A DNA stretch of 29,670 nt from the IMG/VR virus record IMGVR_UViG_3300045988_131075, positions 1-29,670 of that record; one strand, 5' to 3'. Positions within the stretch are counted from its first letter, which is position 1. Each line of letters opens with the position of its first letter. The notes below the pieces were generated by a model. The model ran no database searches. It saw only the letters and a list, made by a program, of their open reading frames with translations, and was not told the DNA's origin. Both the position numbers and the translations under genes were made by a program. The DNA comes from a virus. Below are positions 14,329 through 23,390 of the stretch, in pieces.

Positions 14329-14355
14329 CGGCGCGCTGCGACCCACAGCGCGCCG
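14329..14355. promoter_or_regulatory. Orphan copy (C7) of the module GC hairpin, cggcgcgc-N11-gcgcgccg. It has no associated promoter or terminator.
   Basis: Same stem as C5, with a different loop. Flanked by AT-rich tandem repeats. Confidence 0.55.
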
Positions 14356-14382
14356 GCCAAATGCATATGTATGATTATTCAT

Positions 14383-14440
14383 GTATATTCATTGTATATT
14401 CATTGTATATTCATTGTATATTCATTGTATATTTATTCAT
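14383..14440. repeat. Tandem 11-bp repeat gtatattcatt, 4 perfect copies plus a variant. A second pair of 14-bp repeats, tgtataaatattca x2, is at 14222-14249.
   Basis: Direct reading. Confidence 0.8.
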
Positions 14441-14450
14441 ACATAATATG

Positions 14451-14484
14451 CAAAAATAGAGAGAGACTTAATAAGCCTCTCTCC
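14451..14484 (-). terminator. Intrinsic terminator for the minus-strand operon: hairpin gagagag-N11-ctctctc, followed on the minus strand by a T-run.
   Basis: The stop codon of 14468..14830 lies in the hairpin loop. Confidence 0.55.
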
Positions 14485-14830
14485 ACACCTTGATTATTTC
14501 ATCATCTGCTATATCATCTGTGTCATTGTCGTTTATCCACAAAAGCAGAAAATCATTATCATCAATGGTCATATTCTCAACTTCCCATTGGTTGCCACGT
14601 TCGTCCAGTAGCGTGATGGTGTTACCATTTCGGGAAACGACCTCTGCACCGATAAAGCGTATGCTTCCTCTCTCTGTGCCAGCGCCACACCATTCATCTA
14701 ATGCGGTGAGGTCGTAGGACTGGGGCGCTTCCTCACAGGCTTCCGCGGTTGTGTGGTCGTGAAATCCGAAGAAAGACACGGAGAGAATGATGGCAATGGC
14801 CATGGTGATGATTTTGGAAACGTTTTTCAT
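14468..14830 (-). CDS. Secreted or membrane-anchored protein of 120 aa with an N-terminal signal/TM segment (MKNVSKIITMAIAIILSVSFFGF).
   Basis: AAGAGG 9 nt upstream of the ATG. Hydrophobic N-terminus followed by an acidic domain. Confidence 0.6.
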   Translation of the reverse strand: MKNVSKIITMAIAIILSVSFFGFHDHTTAEACEEAPQSYDLTALDEWCGAGTERGSIRFIGAEVVSRNGNTITLLDERGNQWEVENMTIDDNDFLLLWINDNDTDDIADDEIIKVWREAY

Positions 14831-14852
14831 TTTGTTTTACCTCTTTCTTACT

Positions 14853-14996
14853 TTATAGGTTAGTAGCGATAGTGACAACAGCAATAAGCATGAGCGTGCT
14901 TGAGACAGCTTTGCCTACATTCTTGCTATCTATGGCATAGACAAAATTATATGCGCTTATAGCGGTAAGCACAATAATAGCGGCAATGATAGACAT
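14853..14996 (-). CDS. 47-aa membrane peptide (MSIIAAIIVLTAISAYNFVYAIDSKNVGKAVSSTLMLIAVVTIATNL).
   Basis: GGGGAG 8 nt upstream of the ATG. Lies between two larger genes with about 25-bp spacers. Confidence 0.45.
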   Translation of the reverse strand: MSIIAAIIVLTAISAYNFVYAIDSKNVGKAVSSTLMLIAVVTIATNL

Positions 14997-15026
14997 GGCA
15001 TATGCTCCCCTCTTTGAGCGAGTGGG

Positions 15027-15500
15027 TTAAACCCACTCGCTGAATAGCTCACTGATGAAGTCATCGTGGACGTCATCAGGCAGTTGGTCGATGGTACACT
15101 CATAGGTGCTTACCACGGTAAGCGATGAGCCATTTTCAAGGTTCTCACGCTCAAACTTATCCCGTTCGCCAGATGAAAGAAAAAATGCGGTATAATCGTA
15201 AGTGTCTTCTCCATCATTGATGGAATAATCCACTACCTTAAAGCGCGTCTTGTTCCAGAGGTTCGCTATGATGGAAAGATCCATGGCCAGCTCTTCCTCG
15301 TGGCGAACAGCTTCGAGAGACGCCTTATACTTGCGCCATGCGGCTACCGTAAAGTCTCTTATGCCGCACCCGATAAGACAATGGTATTCCTCTAAGTCTT
15401 TGATAACCAGTTTGCGTCCCTCGCGCACCATTTCCCAAGCGTTTTCTGCCATTGCGTTGATGGTGACAGCATCATATTTATGCAAGCCCTGAATTTTCAT
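15027..15500 (-). CDS. Hypothetical protein of 157 aa.
   Basis: Long ORF in the operon and no overlapping alternative. Confidence 0.55.
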   Translation of the reverse strand: MKIQGLHKYDAVTINAMAENAWEMVREGRKLVIKDLEEYHCLIGCGIRDFTVAAWRKYKASLEAVRHEEELAMDLSIIANLWNKTRFKVVDYSINDGEDTYDYTAFFLSSGERDKFERENLENGSSLTVVSTYECTIDQLPDDVHDDFISELFSEWV

Positions 15501-15581
15501 TGTGTAGCCCTTCCCGCGCTTTTTGCGCTATCGTGTTATATGTAGGTATGTTCCCCTTGTGGGGAGTGAGGGCTTACGCCC

Positions 15582-15875
15582 TCACTTTGCAATCTTTGCA
15601 GTAACGGAAGCCGCACGCGGCGCGCCAGTCTTCTTGTACTTTTCAAAACACTCCGCATAGAGTTTCGGAGCTTTGTTGCGGAACATTACTGTATCGAGTG
15701 TTTCAGTAGCCTTGCCACCCTTGCCGACGATAACAGTAAACTTATTGTAAGTAAAAGTAACGCTTTCGCCGTCGGCTTCCTCGCGGGCTTCCGCCTTGAG
15801 CAATTCTAACTGTTCCTTGAGCGCATCTATCTGCGCGGAAAGCTCACACATCTTTTTAATTTTGTTGTTCGTCAT
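15582..15875 (-). CDS. Hypothetical protein of 97 aa with an N-terminal coiled coil (LSAQIDALKEQLELLKAEAREE).
   Basis: ORF. A weaker promoter (TTGTAT-17-TACCAT) upstream at about 15905-15945. Confidence 0.5.
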   Translation of the reverse strand: MTNNKIKKMCELSAQIDALKEQLELLKAEAREEADGESVTFTYNKFTVIVGKGGKATETLDTVMFRNKAPKLYAECFEKYKKTGAPRAASVTAKIAK

Positions 15876-15959
15876 TTTTGAATCCTCGTTTCATGTAATT
15901 TACCGTTCGGTGTTTCGCCGTTCAGCATGGTTACATGGTAGCAGATTCAGCCACGGAAT

Positions 15960-16280
15960 ACAATTGACGGATTGCACAAAGATTTGTTTTATACGGGGCG
16001 GGCTTTTGTGCAATCTACCGCCGGGCGGCACCCTTACATCATACCTTTGCATTTTTATTCATTCAAGAATGAATAAAACCTGCATAGAGGGGGGGTGTAT
16101 TTCGGGAAAAATAAATTTTTATTTATCGTTTTTTCTTTTGCCTGGTCAAAACGCAATCTAAATCAATTTTCAATTTCAGATTACGAAGAATAATTTAAAT
16201 TTATCATAATCAATTTTCAATTTCAAAATACGGTTTAAAACAATAAATCAATTTTCGATTTCAAATTACGACTTCTTTTT
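15960..16280. promoter_or_regulatory. Non-coding region between the two genome modules. It holds a perfect 11-bp inverted repeat gattgcacaaa/tttgtgcaatc (15970-15980 and 16005-16015), a 22-bp palindrome ttattcattc-aa-gaatgaataa (16055-16076) and a palindrome aaaaataaatttttattt. Three iterons aatcaattttc(a/g)atttcaNaWtacg lie at about 16160, 16209 and 16246.
   Basis: Direct reading. No ORF with an RBS apart from the small gene at 16266-16400. Confidence 0.6.
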
Positions 16281-16400
16281 TCTACCTCTTTTAGGCTTCT
16301 CACCCCACATAAGAGTGTATAATCCAGAAGTAGCAGAGTAAGTAGCCTTCTGCTGATACTTTTTAGCGACTGCCTTCAAGGGACTGAGTGGTTTCCGCAT
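16266..16400 (-). CDS. 44-aa basic peptide (MRKPLSPLKAVAKKYQQKATYSATSGLYTLMWGEKPKRGRKKKS).
   Basis: GGAGG 9 nt upstream of the ATG. TAA stop. Its 3' end overlaps the third iteron. Confidence 0.4.
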   Translation of the reverse strand: MRKPLSPLKAVAKKYQQKATYSATSGLYTLMWGEKPKRGRKKKS

Positions 16401-16424
16401 TTAATTTTTCCTCCATATATTCGA

Positions 16425-16745
16425 TTAATTTATCTTTATATTTACAACTATCAATATATCTATTAATAATTTTTCCATTAAGTGTTCTAATACATATTTG
16501 TATTTATTCAACTGATATTCTTCTTGTTCTTCTTTGGTGCTTAATTGAGCCTTTTCCGCGTCTGATAAAGGTCTGTAAGTAATCGTTCTTGACCCATTAT
16601 CCTTTTGCTCAATACGTATTGTTTTAAATAATTTCCAATCTCTTACAAAAGGGTCTTTATCTCTTGTAGTGTTAAAATATTCTTGTTCTAATCTAAATAT
16701 TACCGCGTCTATCCCTCTTACTTCAAAAGGCTGGTTCCATCCCAT
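16425..16745 (-). CDS. Hypothetical protein of about 106 aa (MGWNQPFEVRGIDAVIFRLEQEYFNTTRDKDPFVRDWKLF...).
   Basis: GGGAGG 9 nt before this ATG, inside the 3' end of the upstream gene. The ORF-track N-terminal extension has no RBS. Confidence 0.5.
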   Translation of the reverse strand: MGWNQPFEVRGIDAVIFRLEQEYFNTTRDKDPFVRDWKLFKTIRIEQKDNGSRTITYRPLSDAEKAQLSTKEEQEEYQLNKYKYVLEHLMEKLLIDILIVVNIKIN

Positions 16746-17115
16746 CTTCAATATCCTCCCATTCAAATGTTCCATCATCTAATTCATATACAAATGCTTG
16801 TTTATAAAATGATGAAACAATTCCATCATTTGCGATTCCTTTTGGACTATTTTTCACATCATGAAAACAATTATAAACAATTAATCCTTGCGTTTCATAT
16901 CGTGAAAAATCTACTGCCCTTCCCTCAAAATCATAATTATAAAATATGTTTAATAATAGCATACACTCATATTGTGCGATTGGCCATTTATTTAATTCTT
17001 TTTGCTAATTTACCATTTTTTGATATAATACCAAAAAGGCTTTTCTATATAACCATAAAAAAAGAAGTGATGCTACTAACGCACAACTCAATAATACAAT
17101 AAAAATAGTTTCCAT
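16723..17115 (-). CDS. N-terminally membrane-anchored protein. It is about 130 aa if the in-frame TAG at 17005-17007 is read as sense; otherwise it is a 36-aa TM peptide plus the ORF-track 79-aa ORF.
   Basis: GGAG 5 nt before the ATG at 17115. The ORF-track start at 16962 has no RBS. The two ORFs share a frame and are separated only by TAG. Confidence 0.45.
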
Positions 17116-17264
17116 AAATACTCCTTTTCTTTTTTCTTTTTTTTTTCTTATAATAATAATAAAATAAAAATAAAGAAATGTCAAATCGTAGCGTGATTGG
17201 GCAAAAGTTATTTGTTTTGTTAAAAAAATTTTTAAATATAAAAAGAAAAAATTTTAAATAAAAC

Positions 17265-17293
17265 TTGACAAAAAAAATTTTTTCGAGTATAAT
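17265..17293 (+). promoter_or_regulatory. Consensus promoter of the late (structural) operon: TTGACA(17265-17270)-17-TATAAT(17288-17293). GGAGG lies 6 nt before the ATG at 17318.
   Basis: Direct reading. An extremely AT-rich UP-like region lies upstream (17100-17260). Confidence 0.75.
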
Positions 17294-17317
17294 ATAAATA
17301 TAGACTGGAGGTAAAAA

Positions 17318-18373
17318 ATGATAAAACTTGATTATTCTTTACAAACTCCAGAAGAAAGAAATCAATTAGTCGAACAAATTTTGGCTGATAATCCAGATCC
17401 GCCTGAAAAGTATTTAGAAATTTTAGCAGACTATTTGGTTCTTTGTATGGAGAAACAAGAAAAAAAGGAGAAAAAATTATTAACTGATAATCGTATGGCT
17501 ACAGTTAATAAGCGTGAGACTTCTTTTGAAGGTCTTGTTTCCCAACTCGAAAATGGCGAAGATGGAATTTATAATTTAATTACAGATAATAGAAATACAA
17601 TATTTCAACCACATATTACAATTACAAAAAAAGATTTAGAAGAGATACCAAGTTTAAATTAGTTAAGAGAAGCCATTAATGTTTGGGAGGCTAAATTAAA
17701 AGTAACAGAAGGTAAAGATGCTTTTGTTATTAAAAAGGCTCTTATTGAAATGCGTAAAGATTAGTATGTTATGAAAAATGCTTATCGTCGTCCAATAGTG
17801 CCTACAAAATTAACCAGATCAAAGTCTTATATTCCATTAGATGATAAAACATTTATTTTTGATGATGATGGTTTTCCCATTCCTGATGGAATTAGTTTAT
17901 TAAGACCTGAAATATGTTCTGCGGTTTTATGTAATTATTCCCGATTAAAACAAGATAGTTGGGGCGAATATGATAAAGATTTATGGTATTTAATGGAGGA
18001 TTTTGATAAGCTTTGTGATAAAGCGTTAGCTAATTATCCTCTTTATGATAGAATCGTTGAATATAAAATTGATGGTTTACAAAATATTGACATTCAAGAG
18101 AAAATACAAATGGAATTTGGTATTAAGCACAGCCTTGAATATATTTCAAGTTTATGGCGTAATAAAATTCCAAAATTAATTGCTTCGACTGCGGAAGATG
18201 AATATTTAGATAATTATTATTTAAATGTTGAAAAAGGTAAATATAAAAAATGTAGTCGTTGTGGTAAAATAAAATTAGCTCATAATAAATATTTTAGTAA
18301 AAATAAAACAAGTAAAGATGGCTTTTATAGTATTTGTAAAAGTTGTCGAAATTCTAAGGTCAAAAAATCTTAA
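17318..18373 (+). CDS. First late gene, about 351 aa with 2 in-frame TAG codons (at 17660 and 17762). It has a C-terminal Zn-ribbon, CSRCG...AHNKY...CKSCRN, possibly an HNH-like nuclease or a regulator.
   Basis: ORF-track ORFs 17318..17662 and 17771..18373 are in the same frame and are separated only by TAG codons. TAA stop. Confidence 0.55.
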
Positions 18374-18422
18374 TATTGTCTTTTTGTTTATAATAAATAG
18401 TTGAAAGGAGAATATTTTATTT

Positions 18423-19610
18423 ATGGCTGAAACATATTATTGCGAAAAATGTAATCGTACAATGAATAGCACGGAATTTTATTCGTCTAATAATTTAGAA
18501 AAATATCCTAATGATGGTAAATTTCCTGTGTGCAAAAAATGTATGACAATGCACGTCGATAATTGGAATCCAGATACTTATTTATGGATTTTACAAGAAG
18601 CGGATGTTCCTTATGTTCCAGATGAATGGAATAAATTAATGGAAAAATATGGGCGCGATCCGCAGTCTATGACTGGTATGACAATTCTTGGACGTTATTT
18701 GTCAAAAATGAAACTCAAATAGTTTAAAGATTATCGTTGGAAAGATACAGAATTTTTATAGTAGATGGCGAATAATAAATTAGAGCAAACTATGAAGCGT
18801 CAAGGATATGATGCTCAATAGATTGCAACCGCTATTGAAAAAAGTTCTATTGCTATTCCAGGAGGAGAATTAAAAGAACCGGTTTATGCTCCACCACCTA
18901 ATGCCCCTACGGAAGATTATTTCGCACAATAGAGTGGTAAAGTGGAACAAGAATTAGACTTAACTGATGAAGACCGCACTTACTTAAGACTTAAATGGGG
19001 TAAAACTTATAAACCTGAAGAATGGGTTAAGCTTGAATAGTTATATGAAGAAATGATGGCTTCTTATGATATTCAAGGCGCCGGACATAAAGATACGCTA
19101 AAATTAATATGTAAGACATCTTTAAAGGCAAATCAATTGATCGATATTGGTGATATTGAAGGTTTCCAAAAGATGAGCAAAGTATACGATAGCTTAATGA
19201 AGTCTGGTAAATTTACTGCTGCTCAAAACAAAGCAGAATCAGGTGAATTTGTTGATTCAATTGGTGAATTAATTGAATTGTGTGAAAAAGAAGGATATAT
19301 TGAAAGATATTATGTTGAATAGCCACATGATAAAGTGGATTTAACTATTCAAGATATGCAACGTTATACTCGTACTCTTATTGAAGATGAAACTAATATT
19401 AGCACAATGGTAGAAAAAGCTTTACGCGAAAATGCTAAAGAAGATGAAGAGAAAGCAAAGAACGCGGAAAGCGATATCGTTGATGATGCTGATTTAAGTA
19501 TTGAAGAACTTGAAAAAACTATTAAAGATAGTGATTACGCGGATTTTGAGGAATTTAAAGAATAGGAGTCCGCGCAAGATAATGAGTTCTTATAGAGTTT
19601 GGATAAATAA
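18423..19610 (+). CDS. Late protein of about 395 aa with about 8 in-frame TAG codons and an N-terminal CxxC...CxxC Zn-ribbon. Its position immediately upstream of terL suggests the small terminase subunit; this is speculative.
   Basis: ORF-track pieces 18423..18722, 19053..19322 and 19335..19565 share one frame. Only TAG separates them. Ends with TAA at 19608-19610. Confidence 0.55.
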
Positions 19611-21349
19611 TGGCATTACAAGATTTGTTATAGTTAAGTGATAGCCGTAGAAAAATAGGTCTATCACCTGAGCGAGTAGAAGCGGTAATGCCTACTATCC
19701 GCAAATACGTTGCCTTTTGGAGAGAATATCCTGATTTATTTGTAGATTTTATGGTGCGAGGAAGACGCACTGAAATAAAAGATGGAGAATTTAATTTTTA
19801 TTTTTATTAGAGAGTATTTCTCCGTTCTGTTATGCGTTATTAGTATGTTTACGCGGTTTTCCCTCGTGCTTATTCTAAATCATTCTTGTCTGTTATGGCA
19901 TTAATGATTAGATGTATTTTATATCCTGGTGCGCACTTGTTCGTTACTTCTGGAGGTAAAGAGCAAGGTGCTAGTATTCTTCATGATAAAGTTCAAGAAA
20001 TATGTGAACTTGTTCCAAGCTTTAATCGAGAAATTGATTGGAGTCGAGGAAAAACTCTTGAAGGAAAAGATAAAGTTAGATATGTGTTTAAAAATGGTTC
20101 AGTTTTGGATAACCTCGCAGCTCGTGAAAGCACTCGTGGTCAGCGTCGTCATGGTGGATTAATGGAAGAATGTGTCGGTATTGATGATACTATTCTTCGT
20201 GAAGTTATTATTCCTGTTATGGCAATTTCTCGTAGAGCTAAAGATGGCACTACCAATGAACAAGAGCCATTAAATAAATCACAAATTTATATTACTACTG
20301 CTGGTTATAAGGGCACATTCCCTTATGATAGACTTATTGGTTTCTTAGTTCGTATGGTGACTTAGCCCGATCGTTGTATGGTATTAGGCGGAACATGGCG
20401 AACTCCTGTTGCAGTAGGATTACAAAGTAAAACATTTATTACTGACCAAAAGAATGAAGGAACTTATAATGAAGCTTCATTCGAACGTGAATATGAATCT
20501 AAGTGGTCAGGAACTGTTGAGGATGCTTTCTTTAATGGAGAGCATTTTGATAGAAATAGAAAACTATTATAGCCTGAATATGAAGCTTCTGGGCGCGCGG
20601 GCGCACAAGCTTATTATGTGCTTTCTGTAGATGTAGGTCGTAAAGGATGCGATTCAGTAGTTTGTGTATTTAAAGTAACACCACAAGCTCAAGGTCCAGC
20701 TATTAAATCATTAGTAAATATGTATACTATGTCAGATGACCATTTTGAAGATTAGGCTATTAAATTAAAGAAATTATTTTATAAATATAAAGCTAAAACT
20801 TTAGTTATAGATGGTAATGGTTTAGGTATTGGACTTTTAGATTATATGGTAAAATCTCAAAATGATGAAGATGGTGAATTTTTACCTGATTTTGGTGTTG
20901 AGAATGATGATGATGGATATTATAAAAAATATCGCACACCAAATACTCAATTTGATGCTATGTATGTTATTAAAGCAAATGCTCCAATAAATACTGAATG
21001 TCATGCTAATGCTCAGACTCAATTGCAAGCGGGTAAAGTAAAATTCTTAATAGATGAGAGAACAGCTAAAGAAAAATTATTAGCTACTCAAAAAGGTTCA
21101 AAAATGACTTCTGAACAAAGGGCAGATTATTTAAAACCATTTACTTTAACCTCCATATTAAAAGAAGAAATGATGAATTTACGCGAAGAAAATGAAGGTA
21201 TTAATATTATCCTAAAACAGGCAAATCGCGGAATTCGTAAAGATAAATTTTCGGCTTTTGAATATGGATTATATTATTTAAAACTTGAAGAAGATAAAAA
21301 GAAAAAACGTAAAAAGTTTAATGCGGCTGATTGGTGCTTTTTAAATTAA
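19610..21349 (+). CDS. terL: Terminase large subunit, about 579 aa with at least 6 in-frame TAG codons.
   Basis: ATPase motifs PRAYSKSF (Walker A-like) and GLMEECVGID (Walker B). Nuclease motifs YVLSVDVGRKGCDSVVCVFK and LVIDGNGLGIG. The pieces 19886..20365, 20378..20572 and 20846..21349 are in the same frame. The start overlaps the upstream TAA (TAATG). Confidence 0.8.
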
Positions 21350-21361
21350 GGAGGGTGGAAA

Positions 21362-21718
21362 ATGCGTGCTTCAAGAGGAGAAATTAAAATTGAAGAAATC
21401 TTAGAAGAAGCAGGACTACCTTTTAAAATGGAATATATCTTTCCAGATTTAAAAAGCCCAAGCGGGCGTCCGCTTCGTTTTGATTTTGTTATATTTGATG
21501 ATGATGGAAAAATTGATTTCATTATTGAGTATTAGGGAAAATAGCATTATGAAGCCAGTTCTAAATTTGGTGGAAAACGCGGTTTATACCAATAGCAATA
21601 TAATGATAATCAAAAAAGACGTTTTTGCGCTTTACATGATTTTAGATTAATAGAGATTCCATATACCGACGAAAACCTTATTTCTTATGATTATATAATG
21701 AAATTAGCAGGTTATTAA
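21362..21718 (+). CDS. DUF559/Vsr-like (PD-(D/E)xK) endonuclease of about 118 aa with 3 in-frame TAG codons.
   Basis: RFDFVIFDDDGKIDFIIEYQGKQHYE matches the hDF...hIEhDGxQH signature. GGAGG 7 nt before the ATG. TAA stop. Confidence 0.45.
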
Positions 21719-21731
21719 AGGAGGTGGAACT

Positions 21732-23381
21732 TTGGATACGCAAGATCGTAATGATTAGATTCACGCTAAAGGTTTTGATATTTATAATAGTCGTTATGAA
21801 TATAATTATAATGACACTATGGATTATGCCAATAGAAAAATAAAAGTTGGCACAAAAACTTTAGATGATGCTATTTTAAAACTTGGTGATTATAGTAAGA
21901 TTAGATACCCAGGTCAAACTCGTATTATCACGAAACCTGATGTGCTTCGCGCACTAGCAGAAAGAGATTTAAATGCTTTGCGATATATTTCTAATCTTTA
22001 TTATGATATAAGTGGTGTATATCAACGAGTTTGTAATTATGTTGCTTTTTTATACCGCTATGATTGGTATATTGCAGCTGAAACTTATGATGATAATGTA
22101 AAAGAAGAAAAAGTTTTAAAAGATTTTTATAGAATGTTGAATTATTTTGATAATAGTTATATTAAAAAGATTTGCGGAGATATTGCTTTACAAGTCGTTA
22201 AAAATGGATGCTATTATGGATATATAGTTCCTTCAGAGAAAAATCTAATTTTACAAGAATTGCCAGTTAGATATTGTAGAACACGTTATAGTGTAAATAA
22301 TACCCCAGTTGTCGAATTTGATATGCGATTTTTTGATACTTTTAGAGATATGAATTACCGTTTAAAAGTATTAAAATTATTCCCAGAAGAATTTGCTAAA
22401 GGTTATGTTTTATATAAGCAAGGAAAACTTGCTTTAGATGATGCGGTTGGATGCTAGCATACTGGTAGTTGGTATGTTCTTGAGCCAGAAAATTGTATTA
22501 AATTTAATATTAATAATAGTGATGTTCCTATTTTTGTAAATTCCATTCCTACTATTATGGATTTAGATGCAGCGCAAGATCTTGACCGCAAGAAACAAAT
22601 GTAGAAGTTGCTTAAAATTTTAGTCCAAAAACTCCCAATGGATAAAAATGGTGATTTGATATTTGATGTTGATGAAGCCAGAGATATCCATAATAATGCC
22701 GTTTAGATGTTATAGAGGGCTATTGGAGTAGATGTTTTAACTACATTTACTGATGTAGATTCTATTGATATGTCTGATAAAAATACTACTACAACGACAG
22801 ATGATTTAGCTAAAGTTGAACGTAGTGTTTATAATTCATTAGGTATTTCATAGAATTTATTTAATACTGATGGTAATATGGCTTTAGAAAAATCAGTGTT
22901 AAATGATGAATCTACAATAAGAAGTTTAATTTTATAGTTTAATATATTCTTTAATAGAATTATTGAAAAAAAGAGTAGTAATAAGAAATATAATTTTAGA
23001 TTTTATTTATTAGAAACTACTTAGAATAATTATCAAACACTTTCTAAAATGTATAAAGAACAAGCGCAAATGGGACAATCAAAGCTATTGTCTTAGATTG
23101 CTCTTGGACATTCATAGAGTTTTATTCTTAATGCAGCTCATTTTGAAAATGAGATTTTACATTTAAGTGAAATTATGATTCCTCCTCTTATGAGTTCTAC
23201 TATGGGTAGTGAAGATATTTTGGGTTTAAAAGATTCATCATCTAATAATAAAACTCAAAATAATTCAGGAAGTTCAGGTTCTGGAACTGCTAAAACTTCT
23301 AATGGCGAGGCAGGACGTCCGGAAAAACCTGATGATTAGAAAAGTGAAAAAACTATTCAAAATAAAGAAGCAATGAAATAA
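21732..23381 (+). CDS. Portal protein, about 549 aa with about 12 in-frame TAG codons. It probably starts at TTG, 7 nt after an AAAGGAGG.
   Basis: One continuous frame from 21732 to the TAA at 23379, with no TAA or TGA inside. The position after terL and the size fit a portal. The ORF-track sees only 21819..22457. Confidence 0.55.
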
Positions 23382-23390
23382 GGAGGATTT

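Noticed and set aside
1098-14355. The GC-rich palindromes in the modules read as operators for a dimeric DNA-binding protein.
   Set aside because: The half-site sequence changes between copies (ccggccg, cggcgcgc, cggaccgc, ccgcccg) while pairing is always perfect, and the loop sequences are unrelated. Conservation of structure rather than sequence fits an RNA or cruciform hairpin better than a sequence-specific protein site. Protein binding to the structure is not excluded.
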